Shown: positions 49,059 to 61,890, counted from the first letter of the whole stretch. The stretch is 63,324 bases of DNA, filler included, from Hyphochytrium catenoides (GCA_900088475.1; 5 parts of 5 records of this genome joined end to end with filler, not necessarily neighbours in it), one strand, 5' to 3'. Program-made: numbers and translations. Notes: generated by a model not told the origin, from the letters alone.

Positions 49059-49520
49059 TTACCAGATGACCACCTCGCAGCTGCATGAGCCAAAACACCC
49101 ACACTTTAACCTACTTTCTTCAATAATAATGGTTTGACCTGCACCGCTGTAGGGACCATATTCCTCACTGATAATTGTTCCCGCTATCCCACAGCAGCAA
49201 CTGGCTCCAAAGCAGCCACAGCTAAATCTTCTAGGGGGAGAAGGACTGTAGATAACCTCCGTTCGAGGTTGCTGCATAATGAAAGTTGTTGACGGTTGCT
49301 GTTGATAGACGATGGGGGCAACTTGCTGCGGATATGGAGTCTGAGCCTGAAGGTAAGGAGGTGGAGTGGCCATGTTATAGGGTTGCTGAGTCTGGTTTAA
49401 AGCAGAAGGAGCAGCTCCAGGAGATCCGACGTTGTTGGCTGGGACCTGTTCCATGCCGCAACTCCAACAGAAGTGTGACCCTGCTACGATTTGCGCACCG
49501 CAACGAGGACAGAACGGCAT
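49059..49520 (-). CDS. Zinc-ribbon protein with Pro/Gln/Tyr-rich linker and duplicated Cys-rich tail
   Basis: MPFCPRCGAQIVAGSHFCWSCG (zinc_ribbon_2-like), PPPY motif, FSCGCFGASCCCG and LKCGCFGSCSC. Confidence 0.72.
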   Translation of the reverse strand: MPFCPRCGAQIVAGSHFCWSCGMEQVPANNVGSPGAAPSALNQTQQPYNMATPPPYLQAQTPYPQQVAPIVYQQQPSTTFIMQQPRTEVIYSPSPPRRFSCGCFGASCCCGIAGTIISEEYGPYSGAGQTIIIEESRLKCGCFGSCSCEVVIW

Positions 49521-51070
49521 CTTTTCTATACGTCAAGAAGCGGCAGTCCTAGACCCTTACTATCAGCGCTGGTCCGTGTTGGAGAAGAGACGTCTTCTAG
49601 TCGCGACCGTTTGACTGCCTTAAGACTGAAATTTGCTGGCGATAACGTGGTAGCTCCCTCCTCGATAAGCCGTCTTGCCGTTGATTCTTAACGCCGTAGA
49701 GGACTTTGATCTCTGAGGAGGTCATCGACATCCTCCTCCGTGCTTTGGCCTCCTTTAGGTGCTGCTTGCTATATTCTCCTTCCTTCTCTTCCATAAGTCG
49801 CTGGTTGTACGGCATCAACGTCACCTCCACATAAGGCTTTATTATTAGCAAAAATGCTTGCTGTCTCTTCCTTCTTCATTGACTGGTATGGCAATCTCAA
49901 TAAAGATCCCTTTTGTCATTTCTTGCCTTTTTTCCGACTTACAGAAACCTTGCTTCTAATTATAGAGCTATTAGCATACGATTATATAGTATCTAGAACT
50001 GCTCTAGCCAATCAGGAGCGCGTATCTCCTTCCTGGTCTGAGTATAGCCAATAGCAGGAAGGAATAAGACTCTTGAAACCTGATAATAGCCAATCAAAAC
50101 GTGGACTAAGATTAGTTTAGAACTATTTTAACTTTATAATAGACACACTGCTAACAGAATAGCGATAAATCTATGGGCTTTTCGGAGGTTCTTGCCTTTC
50201 ATTGCCTCGAGTTACTGAGGGGATGGAAGATTTCTGATGGAATGATGGCATGTCAGCATCCACACAATCTCGTCCTTGTGTTGGGTGCTGGGCTATGAAG
50301 GCAAAGGATATGTGATGGATTATTGACTGCTTTTACATGGAACCGTGTAGCCTTTAGAGCTGTGCGACTGTCTTTGTTCTTTATCTTATGCTTATTCGTC
50401 TCAAGAGAGTCTGAGCGGAGTGTCTGCGCTGCGAGGCTGGAGAAGCTAATTGGTCTTATTACTCATTCCTTATCATCAGCGCTCAAGGCTCAACCGGCAG
50501 GTGACTCTTGGTAGTCGTAGTCCCAGCAAAATCAGGATAGTTGTATTCCTGTCTGGTCGCAGGATTGATACAGGACTATGGCATGCGCCCATCATGTTGC
50601 CATTCGCTTTTGGATCTTCATAGTCATTTATTACTTGATAGGATGCGCACGTTATGAGCTTCAGCATCTGGCATTGTAAAGCCGTCTTCCACCTTGTATT
50701 AAACCTCGGTTCTCATACAGAGTTTCTTGATATCCCGAGCAAGAACTCTCTTTAACTGCACGACGTATTCAGTATTCAGCAGCCACAGCGGTGATCTTCT
50801 GTTGTCTACTTTTCAGCTTATGCCTAGTGCCCGTGAGGGACAGAGCAAAGCAAGCTGCCGAGAGGCTGCTCTTCGAACTGGAAAAGAGACATATACGTAT
50901 CCGAGGCACATCCTCAACCAATAAATATTGAGCTAAATAAGGTAGAACTGCCTCCAAAGCTCAAGAGCCTCTTCTCTGACGGGTCACACGGTAGTTTGCT
51001 TCACGATCATAAGATAGCGTTCGCTGGACGATGTAAAACTTGTTCATGAGTGTCCTGAGCTTCGGCGCTT

Positions 51071-51924
51071 CTAACTGCTATAGAGCCCTCCTTCTGACAT
51101 AGAACTGTCTACGGCGGACCCATGCAACCCGGTGGCGTAGCAACCATGATTTGAATAGAGCCATTTGTGGACATCTCCCAGGGTCCTCCAGCCAACAGAA
51201 CGCTCAAGAAAGGCCTTTAAGCTCTTCTGCTCACGTTCTTTCCGCTTTGCTAACTCTACCGGATTGGTTCCGCTTAAATCGTCCGGAACTGCAAACGTAG
51301 CTAATGTTGTACTTAGACTCGTGGCCAAGAGAGAATATCTTTGAAAAGATTGCTTGGCTTCTCGTCATATGGAACTCCGAGGTCACCACGACCAGGTACT
51401 GGAAGCCACGGACATCTGTGTGGAGCATCCTAAGTGTGGGCGGTCATAGAATGAGAAAGAGCGGATTGCGGTGTACCTAGCGGCTATTAAGGTTTCTCAC
51501 CTAACAAAAAGAGCGTTACCAATGGTGTCATAACTGCACCACTCCTTCAATATGAGCTTGGGATTGACTTTCCACTTAGTTGCAAGATAAGAGGCTGCCC
51601 CATCAGCCTCATGCACGATGAATCCTTCAGCAGTCCTAAAGAGAAGAAACAGGAAGGCGCATGAACACTGTTATAAGGAGAGAGCTTACTTAGAAGGCCC
51701 TAAGCAGTACTACACAGACCTAAAATGCGGTACGTGGGCCGTTCCGCCTCCTGACACGATGATATGGAGGGCTCTTTCTGACTTGTCGAGAGATCAAAGT
51801 GCAGCCTAGCTGCGTAGTCACACCGTGCTTGTACCCATGGAAGAAGCTTGCCCTTGGAGTCTTGTGGTCCTCCCATAAGCACCACAATGGCATCAACTCT
51901 GCCCTGGATGTCTCCGTTACACAT
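51071..51924 (-). pseudogene. DUF218 (YdcF/ElyC-like) gene with two frameshifts
   Basis: DAIVVLMGG..PWVQARCD / IIVSGGGTAH..HEA..LKEWCSYDTIGNA..VVTSEFHMTRSQAIF / VPD..REQKSL..WLYSNHGCY. Frame breaks near 51790 and 51294; two intact GT-AG introns. Confidence 0.75.
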
Positions 51925-54900
51925 CTTGGTTTCAACAACTATGGCTACGGTGGAGTTACTACGGCTATATCGCCCTAACGTCCTGAAGATTTCTTCTCTA
52001 AGTCAAGATGAAGGCGGGACTTGCCGCTCTTCTTACTTATACACTCCTTCATTTGTTGGCTCTAGACAACGGTACTGTGCGTGCACCACATTCAAAGCAA
52101 GAGCAATCATATGTGGACGGCTGTGGCGGAGAGTCACTATAACGCCTGCCTACCATCATAACCTGCTCGGAAGTGCGACGACCTCCTCGCTTGTCAGAAC
52201 CTAGGAGATAGTGTCCATGGTTCTTCCCAGCACGCCCGCGCTCATCCAGGTGCAGGCAACACTTGACAGACAGATGCACAAACACTTCTCCCACTATCAT
52301 TTACAGGGACCATGGGCTAATAGACGTGTTTGTGAGACAGAGCGGTAATAGTACGGACACTTCATAGTGGTCCAACATCTCTGGATCGCTTACATTCTTA
52401 TATTCTAAAACAACCAAGGGATAGAAGTAATAATGGGAAGTCAAGCATAGCACAATGATTTAGAAGTAGTAAAGTTTTCCTCTTTGGGTAAGGTTTCACG
52501 CGTGAAGCCTTCATTTCTATGGAGCTCAATGCCTTTAGTATGGAAACATTCCCTGAGGATAACTTCATTTTTTCCCATGTTACGCTGACTCTTTCTGTCT
52601 CTCTTGTGTTTCCTTCTCCCCTCCTCCTAAGAGCTCTTGCCATTTGTTTCTGTGTCTGTCTCTCTCCCTCAATCACCATTTCCTAGTGTTCGTAGTAGTT
52701 CTATAATGGATGATAGCGTGACAAGCCTCCCTCCTCGCTGGTGCTACGGCTAGGCCGATAGCTGGCTGCCGTCGACAAAGAGCACTCTGCTTGGTCTGCG
52801 TCCATTCTGCTAATATCCTCTTGTTGACGATGATTCTCTCTTGTTGACGATGATGCCAGGATCAGTCTTCGCCATAGCAAAAGCAGCTTGCTGCGACAGA
52901 GGCGTCGGTCTACTCTATGGTCAGCATGGAACGAAACTGAAAGCACTGTCAGTGCATAGCCCCAGGCCTGGCATTCCTTGCAAAATATCTACACCAATAG
53001 CCAGTGGCCCCCGAGCAGAAGGGATAAGAATGACGCCCCATTCCATCCCAAACTGTTAGGCGAACAGATATAAGGGGGACGAACGGTGGCAGGCTTTTGC
53101 CTTTTCCGGTCCATCAGAGGCGGGGCAAGCTGGCGGAGGGTACCATTTCCTGCCTTCAGCTCTCTGAAAGCAAGGGGTTGTCTACTGATACAAGGGTTTG
53201 CAGAGAAAGTGGAGGAGGGCCAAGCGTGGGGATGAGGCATTTAGCTAATATTTGTGATGGTTTCTCGTCCTCGCCAGCTCAGCACGCAAGTGACCTAGCT
53301 CAACGAAGGATGCAAACAGTGACAGAGCTGGCTCTGGTGCTATTAGCTCCCTCTTGGTGCACAGCTGCCTCTGTTCGTCAGTTATCGGGTCATTCTCTTT
53401 GGCTATGCTCCATAGCCAAGCAGCTATAGCCCACACCACTGATGAAGCCGACATGCTATCAAGTTTCTTCCACCACATACCGGAAGATATACTCCTCAGA
53501 GGCATCACTGATCAGGGGTCATCGATTCTTTATTAGTCAGTTCGGTGCTTTTTTGTTTAGGTGCATTAGCGAGGGCCACAAAGAGCGCCGTTGCAAGCGA
53601 TGACTGGTTAAAACATTCACTCCATGGTGACAGGAACGACTAGACTCGTTTTCTAGTTCTTCTTCCCTGAGCTCGTCTGAGGTGCAGGACGTCCGGCTTC
53701 TGCTGGCCTCATGTACGTCCATTATTGTTGTACAGAGAACCGTTGTTGAGATGTTTCCGAATGTCCTTTTAACCAGGATCGCTAGGAGCTGCATCGTGGG
53801 CTTCTTAGACCACTGGCCATCATCGAAAACTAGAGAATGGTCCAAGTCAAGGACGTGGAGACAGTTGGTCTTGCGAGATGCGGAGTTTTGATGTAAGTCT
53901 TTTTGATCGCTTCTAGATAGACGTCAGTAGGTTCTTGGTCACTCTAGCGTAGATAGCCGGCTGTGTCTGACAAAGATATATGGCTGGAGATATGCTCTCC
54001 TTCGTTGATGTAGTCAAGCTCTGTCAGTCTGTGGTGTCTGCATGGCACTCAATATTGTACCTTGAAAATGACACAGGAGGCTCTCGAACGACTCGATGTC
54101 ATCCTTTGGAGCGCTCACAAACATAAGGTCCCTACTAGTTATGCTCTTTGACGGGTCATACATATCAGTTAGTGGCACCCGCCTGAAAGCAAAACTATGT
54201 CATACTAGCTTCAGAAGTTGCGCTTTGTCAGTGACATCAGAGGGGGGATAAGACTTGATGTCCTATTTTAAGGTAGGGACTGGTATTGAAAAGAGATCAT
54301 CCACAATGGTAGGAGTTACCTCTTAGTCATAACCTAATCTCTAGAGATTGAAATAAGATAAAAAGCTGATACAGCGGAAGAGACACCCAAGACTCTCAAT
54401 GAAGAGAGGCGTACTTTCCGCGCAGAGCGAAAGCCCAATAAAAATCACCTAACTGTCGTTCACCATTACTAGCGCTAACCCTACCATTCAGCAAGGATCT
54501 GATTAATCCAGTAGAATAGACTACATACGTCTACCCGGACGATTTCTCATTCAGCGCCAATGCACTACAACTAGTGTCTCGGTCGCATCATTCCAGACGT
54601 GCATCTCTGAAGCTCCAGAGACACTGCCTAAGCATGAAACAACGTCAAGATGAACCTGAGTGGCAGAGATCAGCCGCTGATCGGATGAAGAGGCGATGTA
54701 CTTAGGATGACAGCTACAACTCTTAGAATTGAGCTGAAGAAAGCCGCCTATCAGCTGCCGACTGGATTAGAAGACGGAATGATGTCTAGATGACACCTTA
54801 GAACAACTCTCAGCAGGGTGGAGCTGAATAAAGCACTATACCAATCGGTACCGACAGAACTGCGACATTGGGAACCTTCTCCATTGAACTTCCCGCATTA

Positions 54901-57430
54901 GGCCTGAAACAAACTCTGTTGGTCTGATCGCACTTACCGTGACAAGCTAGCAGACAAGAATTACCTTTCTACCACCAACGATAGAAGATAGCAGATTGAG
55001 GTAACGCTGCTATTTCCTAAATCGTGCGCTCTGGATGTATTCAGACCTAAAGGACTGTTGTTGGCTTGAATAACTCTTTCAGAAAATGACTAGAGCAGGA
55101 GCGTATAAGCGTAGGTTGCAGGAAAGGAGAGTTAGATGGTCAGAGCATTTGGTCATAATAACTGACTCGGTCACCAAGTTATCAGTAGCAGCAGCACAAG
55201 CAACAGCCAGTAAGTTGACCAGTAGCGCTCAGCTATATCCTCCAACCTGGCCACAAGCTCTAGAATCAAAGCTCTAGCAGCAGCAGCTGACCAGACTCAC
55301 CGTCCACTCGCTATAGAGTTGCGGCGGCATGATCTTTGGCCATATACTACGAGAAGAAGGTCATGAGTAGAACTCTTCTTCTACGTTGGTCAATGTGTCT
55401 TTTGCTTCCCAATTTTTTCTTGCATAAAAGAGTAAGTCAGTCTCTAACAGGCCGCTCTGTCATTGATATTTTTTTCGTGAGGAATAGCAGACGTCCTGTC
55501 GACTTCTCCGTCGAACTAAGTCGAGGTGTAGGTGATGATTGGTGCCAGGGTTGTGCTATTGATATTTTTTTGGTAAGGGCATGGTGGGACAAGTATGTGG
55601 GCACAGGTAGGTGTTGATAGTCGTACTGGCAGAAATCTGACTCAATACCTTTGCCCTACCTTTAGCTTCTGGAACCACAGTCTTGATCGTACGTACTACT
55701 AGTTTTGCATAACCGTAGCCCCAAGTTGTAAGCCAAAATACTGCTCCCACCAAGAAGTGATGCTCTGTTCATAGAGTCAATAAAGGAGGCTGACTTTACT
55801 TTCTGTGGGCCCCGTCAACAAGGTATTGCCATCAGATTGCTCTACTAATAAGAGTGCTTAAAAATACTCATCTAGGTTCCATTGTGATGATAATGAAGAA
55901 GATAAATAACTCTCTACCTGTCCCGCCCGGTCTTCTGCTCCAGAAACTTAATCATTATATCTGTCACCGTTGTCGATACCACTAGTAAACACGACGAAGC
56001 CGACCTAATAAGGCCGTCAGAAGCGAAGGCTAATCACAGGTTGGAATGGGTAAAAGGTCCGGGGTCGTCTTGCTATCTTCTCGAATACGCTTGGTAGCCA
56101 CTACCGTTTCACAAAGGGTTCCCTATCATCTATACTTACCGCCTGAAGATTTTGGGATCGACATGTATCACCTTTGGTCTCCCGTTATTTCCCTTGTCGT
56201 TCCGCGTTGACGTGGGACGGTACAGTTATTCCTGGCGTTTTGAACAAGATTTACACTGTCTGCCATTCCACTTACCCTTTTCTACTGTTGTCTGACAAGA
56301 CCTCAGAGGGCTTGAAGGCATCATTGAGAAAAGTTCTCAGAGGTTTTGAGTACCGAAATACCCCGACTAACCTATTGTTGACGGATGACCCTGGCTACCG
56401 ACCCCTAGTCTAGCAGGAGATGGTACTAATCCTTCTTATTGAATAAGAGAAGATCGGGTTGGGTATACCAGCACTCGCCGTCATTACTAGACGAGCACTT
56501 CAGCTGCATTTTCCTTGTGAGAAGCGCTGCACTGGAAACCCTCGAGGCGGCTGCTAGAGATGAAGACAAGGCTTTATTATCAGCAGAGTCCGTTCTGCGG
56601 AAATTGTCACTCTAGAGGACCAAGAGAAGGTTATATCAGGTTGATCTGTGACCTCATCAGGGAAGCAGCCAGTGCATTGTGTTCAATGACTCCTACCGTC
56701 GTCAACGTGGCGCAATCGATCGCGAGGCCTTCTTTCTCACACTTTAGCAACAGTTCAATTTACAGATCACCGCCAGCGGATCGAGAGCTACTACAGACGG
56801 GAAGACGACTAAATCTGCACCAATGAGCTGCTACGGTCTTCTCAAGAGCCTCCTTTCACTTGACCCAGCAGCCAAGCGACAAGGAAAACTCCTAGGTTAT
56901 TAGAAATATCATCAGGCGCCACTTAGGATCGCCCAGCGAGAGGCTTATTATACAATCTTGTGCTTTGTCACGACATCCGGGTGAGCAGAAGAAGGAAAGT
57001 GGTGGATGATCATTACAAGGAGTGCGACCTATCCAACCTGGCTTTGCAAGCACTCTACAGCACGCAGACGGCGGCGGCGCCATTGGAATCAGTATCAGGT
57101 TAGTTTATATTATATGGTGACGCAACCTTAAGGAAAGAGGGCTGAATTCGTCGTGGACATGACGCTGTCGATATTATCTAGTAATGTACACGACGAGGAG
57201 AAACACTCACAATTGCCAGCAAGGGTATCCGAGACCTGCCCTACTTTGAAAAGCCGGCAGCTGCAAGGATTGTTAGCACTTCTGCACGAAGCAATGATTT
57301 GGGGATCTTATATCCCGGAGCTTTGTCACTCATGTTTGTCCTCGCTTCGAAAGCTAACCAGGAGCTTGCCCCCAAAGCTGAATGACCGAAGCTCGCTCCA
57401 ATAGCGAGGTTCTGCTGCTTGCTTCACGAG

Positions 57431-59293
57431 TCAACTTCCTTGGGGGCGGGGAGCGGATCTTCTGTCCATCAGAACTTGCTGCGGAGATTCAAAAACTGCC
57501 GGCACAGTGAATCCTCTTCGTCCTGCAGCGTATGAACCGTAGGCATCCATCATTCTTGACCAGCCGTGTTGCGCCGTGGAGTGCGAGAAGACGTATAGCA
57601 AAGCTTCCGCCACTTTGCGCTGTCGCGCCTCAGCAGCCTCCTCTGAGAGCCAGAACTTAATCGTAGACATAACATCTTCGATACTGTTGTTCTTTGAGGA
57701 AGGAGGATCAATGCCCACAACTAATTGAGACCAGATTGCGGACTCAGAAGATGCCGTTGGTACGTTCCCGAACATCAGAGTCCCGGCAAATGCAGCCTCC
57801 ATATACTTCCGCAGTACGTAATCCCGAGTGGATCGAGTCACTAGTACAGACTTGCAGTTAAAGAGAAATTCAATGTATTGCTCATACTGTTGCTCCAGTG
57901 TATTTGCATTGATTTGCCTCTGTAATCTATCCGCCTCCGACTGTAGTTCTGTATATCCGAAGTGTGGAAGAGTCTTAGCGACCAGGCCGTGCTTCTCAAA
58001 ATGCCCCGCTTGTATCCAACCTAAGATCTTGTTGCGCAGCGGGTACAACGTCGGATGGCTACTGCCAACAAAGCAAAAGTCGTAAGGACGGTCTTTGAAC
58101 TGCTTGGCGGTCCTACTTGTCTCCCGATGATATTTGACGAACGTCCCTGGGAGTGGAGCCTGCTGTGATAAGTACACCAGCACGTCCGGAAAATCTTGAA
58201 ACGTCCCGGTGGACCTATTAATGTATCGTGAAGCCAGTTCTAGAAAGTCTCTCTCAAATGCCAACAGCAAGATTTGGTTATTCGACCATGGTGCTACGGC
58301 ATCATACCAGTGGCAGGAGTATCGGCTTTCATCCTCCATGGGTTTCTCGTGGTAGACACATTCGAGTCTGTATGTCATGTAGATGGCATTACGCAGCTTC
58401 TGATCGGAAGAACCCTCCTTCGATACAACGATCGAGATGGGCCTTCGATAGCGGCGATCAACGTTCTCTTGCAGGGTCATTCTTGAATCCCAACCCGGCC
58501 AACCAGGGCCCCACATATAGACATTGCTTCCAAAGTTGCTCACTGCGAAGGCTCCGCAATAAGTATGGAAAAAATGTCTATCCATAACGGTGTCAATGTA
58601 TTTCCAGTCCACGTAAAATAACGTTGTTGGGCCACGATTGTCGTGAAGAAGATGGCTAGAACTGGAAAGTGATTCGTTCTTATCAGCCCAGTGGACGTCG
58701 GTACTATTTGATAGTGTCATAGCCTCGACGAATCGTACATGCGAAGAAAGTGTCATATTGAGGCATTGAATGCCGTCAAGATCTACGTTCGGAACCTGCA
58801 TTAAGTCGACCATGGCTTTCGTGAGATTCTCCACATCATAGCTTTGCCAGTATGAGGATGATGGCTTCACACCAGATGATGAGGTCGGGTGTAACTGAGC
58901 CGATGGTTTGGGAACCTCCTCTTGTTGACTGACTTCTTCCGATTGGGCGACTTTTTGGTCATTACCCACTACGGATTGAGAACGGAAAACGCCACCACTG
59001 ATGATCTGTTCTCCAGTTTCTGACCGAAGTTGAAGAAGGTCCGTCACGGAAGCACTGAGGAGTGTGCCTCCTTCCACTCTGCTATTATCCAGGACTCCGG
59101 TACTAACGATCAGCGTCCCTGCCCCGGCAAGACCCAGAACCGCCAAGAGAGCAATGACTAACCTTGACCTTGTTCCTGTGGTGGTGGTGAAGCCTGCTGG
59201 TGACAAACCGTTTCTTCTCATTAGACCTCCAGGTGCTAGCCGAAGTCCGGAATACGTCTCGTCGATGCTATCGATATTGTTGCTGTTCTTCAT
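57431..59293 (-). CDS. Intronless type II membrane glycosyltransferase-like protein (GT-B, Glyco_trans_1_2/CgeB-like C-terminus)
   Basis: ORF of about 620 aa from the ATG at 59293: TM LVIALLAVLGLAGAGTLIV, stem, MDRHFF, WGPGWPGWD, YDFCFVGS..YPLR, PHFGY, YVLRKYMEAAFAGTLMFGNVP. Confidence 0.72.
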   Translation of the reverse strand: MKNSNNIDSIDETYSGLRLAPGGLMRRNGLSPAGFTTTTGTRSRLVIALLAVLGLAGAGTLIVSTGVLDNSRVEGGTLLSASVTDLLQLRSETGEQIISGGVFRSQSVVGNDQKVAQSEEVSQQEEVPKPSAQLHPTSSSGVKPSSSYWQSYDVENLTKAMVDLMQVPNVDLDGIQCLNMTLSSHVRFVEAMTLSNSTDVHWADKNESLSSSSHLLHDNRGPTTLFYVDWKYIDTVMDRHFFHTYCGAFAVSNFGSNVYMWGPGWPGWDSRMTLQENVDRRYRRPISIVVSKEGSSDQKLRNAIYMTYRLECVYHEKPMEDESRYSCHWYDAVAPWSNNQILLLAFERDFLELASRYINRSTGTFQDFPDVLVYLSQQAPLPGTFVKYHRETSRTAKQFKDRPYDFCFVGSSHPTLYPLRNKILGWIQAGHFEKHGLVAKTLPHFGYTELQSEADRLQRQINANTLEQQYEQYIEFLFNCKSVLVTRSTRDYVLRKYMEAAFAGTLMFGNVPTASSESAIWSQLVVGIDPPSSKNNSIEDVMSTIKFWLSEEAAEARQRKVAEALLYVFSHSTAQHGWSRMMDAYGSYAAGRRGFTVPAVFESPQQVLMDRRSAPRPQGS

Positions 59294-60279
59294 TGTAACG
59301 ACGATTTTTGACGACTTTGCTTCTTCGGGCAGCAAGGGTCTGATTAGAAGACCCAGCAACAGACGTATCGCCGTTCTCCGCCGTCCGACTGCGAGACTTC
59401 TAAACGCGATTGCTATTACTGCCTATAATAAGAAGAAGAATGACGACGGTTCCGTCCAGTAGGAGGAAAGACCTTCCTTTGGCTACCTGCTGCAAATGTA
59501 GGGAATGATGCCAATTGCAAAGGCGGCCAAATAAAGAGGAGTACGCAGGTGAGCAGGAGCGCGGACGTGAGGTCTTAGACCTCGTTAAGAGATGGTCAGG
59601 GGTAATGATTCTTCCTTTCATCATCAGGAGCGAGCTGCTTCTCTGGTGGCGGTGGTGGTGGGCGTCGTGTTGCAGTGTGTCGTCCTCGTGCTGGTCGTCC
59701 CCTAACTTCTAACACCCAGCAGAAGGTGGAAACAGACCAACGGCAAGCCGTCGTTTCACAGAGAGAACCTCGAGCTGGGCCCCAGGTCGACTCATGGGTC
59801 AAACCCTGCTAGGGTTATGCCAAAGGTGTTCGACCCAGGTCCGACCCAGGTCCATTATCCCACTTTCCTGCAACCTGGGTGGGTGCAAACACTGGCTCCA
59901 AATAACCCCAAAACCCCCCCCTGTCGTGCAGTACAGTACTTGTACAAATCTAGGATTTGGGGGATTCTAGATCGCTAGATCCGTTGTATATATAATCTCC
60001 CCTCAGACCAAAAGCTGGTCACAGTTTCAGAAATGCGTGAACCAGAGATCCTTAGAAGTATGCCCTTCTAAAACTGTTTGCTCCCACCCTTTCCTGCGGT
60101 TACAGTCCCTTCCGCTAATATATTCGCCCACCACATTTTGCCCCTTGATATTTTCGCCCCTGACAGCCTCCTATCAAACTCAACCAGACAAGGAAGCAGC
60201 AGCCAGCCGCAAGGAGTGAGTACGAAAACGGAACATCGTCAGCAGAAGCCATCATCCAGCCCTCTGCATCGTCAAGCAA

Positions 60280-60428
60280 TGCTTCTTGTTCTTGTTCCTC
60301 GAGTGGTGGAAGTGTGATTCACGACTTGGTGCGATTAAGCCGATAAGCCAAAGTGCTTCTTGTTCTTGTTCCTCGAGTGGTGGAAGTGTGATTCACGACT
60401 TGGTGCGATTAAGCCGATAAGCCAAAGT
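60280..60428. repeat. Perfect tandem duplication, 2 x 74 bp
   Basis: tgcttcttgttcttgttcctcgag...gataagccaaag repeated at 60280 and 60354. Confidence 0.92.
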
Positions 60429-60589
60429 TATTATTACTGAATCCTAACCCTAACCCTTTGATATTAACCATGGTACTTATAATCTATAGTTAATACCACT
60501 ACTGATATTAGCTATTGGCTATCTCGTTGTTTGCACCCCAATATCTTCGCCTCTTCTAAGCGGAGACCATAGCGAAATGATAACGGGGG

Positions 60590-61890
60590 GCGGGTATTGT
60601 TCTTGTTCTCAATACCAATGCGAAGCGTTATTGCCCCCCACCAACGGCAATCCCTTTCCCGCTTGGTTACTTAACCACTACAAGGATGTGACGAAGAAAG
60701 AGGTGCTCCCTCGTAGCGGTGCACAGCAGAGGGGCAAGAAGTGGTAATAAGTAAAGGAGGGCACCCATGGCCGATAGTGCACCATCGAAGTCGAGCTCCT
60801 ACATTACCTGAACCACCCACCATAATTCAATTTCCTGCAGCATCGGGAACAACAGAGCTTTAGATCTCAATTTTTTCCTCCTTCTGCTGTTTGTCAACTT
60901 GCAGGAGTGGTACGGTGCCGGTGCCTCGGAATCCGCTAATATCGCTTCCCCTGTCATGGCGGCAAAGCTGACAACACCGGACTCATAATGGACACCACCA
61001 GTCGTCGAAAGAGCCACCTGAGTGAGCTCTATTATGAGTGACAATGCTCTTTTATGATACGACGAGATGTCGTGATTATTCTTCGAATGAGAACTAATAT
61101 CGTGTCGAGTGTCGAGAGAGAACGTGGTGAGGACTACTCGTAGACACCCGCAGACTATAATATCTCGAGGGTATTCAACGCAAATGTTATACGTTTACGG
61201 CTATCAGTTCCCATTCTTGAACACCGCAGCTACCCATGGTGGAGGCAGGTACTCACTGTCTCCAGCGTCCTTACATCCTCAAAATCACTGATTAAGGGGG
61301 GGTCGTCTCATACCCAACCTAACTCGTCAATATAACACATTTACCTAGACAAAGTTGGGGTCACTCACTGGTTGAAGGTTGTTTTCGTAGCTGTTTTCGC
61401 GCGCTCATCCATACTTTTGTCAGATAGCAGGAACAACAAAGAAACATAGGGAGCGAGCACGCTGCCCTTGTGGCAGGCAGATCCTCATCACAACTGTCGC
61501 GCCCGCTCTTTCCCTTCTTCCAAGGCAGCACCCAGCACTGAGGGTGATCTCACATCATTTCTCTCCTCCTTCAAAGTACAGTACTTCTCATCATTGCGTC
61601 CGGCCAACAACGCGCTGGCAGACAGCACCTGTCTCAGCGAGCGTCATCGTCGTCACATCTTGTTCTTCTTGCTGCTGATCCTTCTTCCCGTCCGATAAAA
61701 CTATTCTTCTTTTCATCACCCACGCAGTAGTAGTGGTTATCAGCGACGAAGTCATCTTTGAAGTAGCGACTCTAGAAGCCAGCAAATATCGCTTTTAAAA
61801 CAAGGTGGAACCCGCACTATGGGGCTGGTAAAAGCCAGAAACTTCGTTGCAGCGAATGCGGCGAATGGCCACAATGTTAGGAGATGTCCT
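60590..61890 (+). mobile_element. Decayed Mutator-like (MULE) transposase relic
   Basis: SWIM-like YCSCSQYQCEALL at 60595-60635 followed by PAWLLNHYK, and a frameshifted zinc knuckle KLRCSECGE/GHNVRRCP at 61839-61890. Confidence 0.45.

Noticed and set aside
60280-60428. CRISPR-like array (also 18882-18965 and 40152-40238)
   Set aside because: Only two copies each, no series of unique spacers, no cas genes, and a eukaryotic context.
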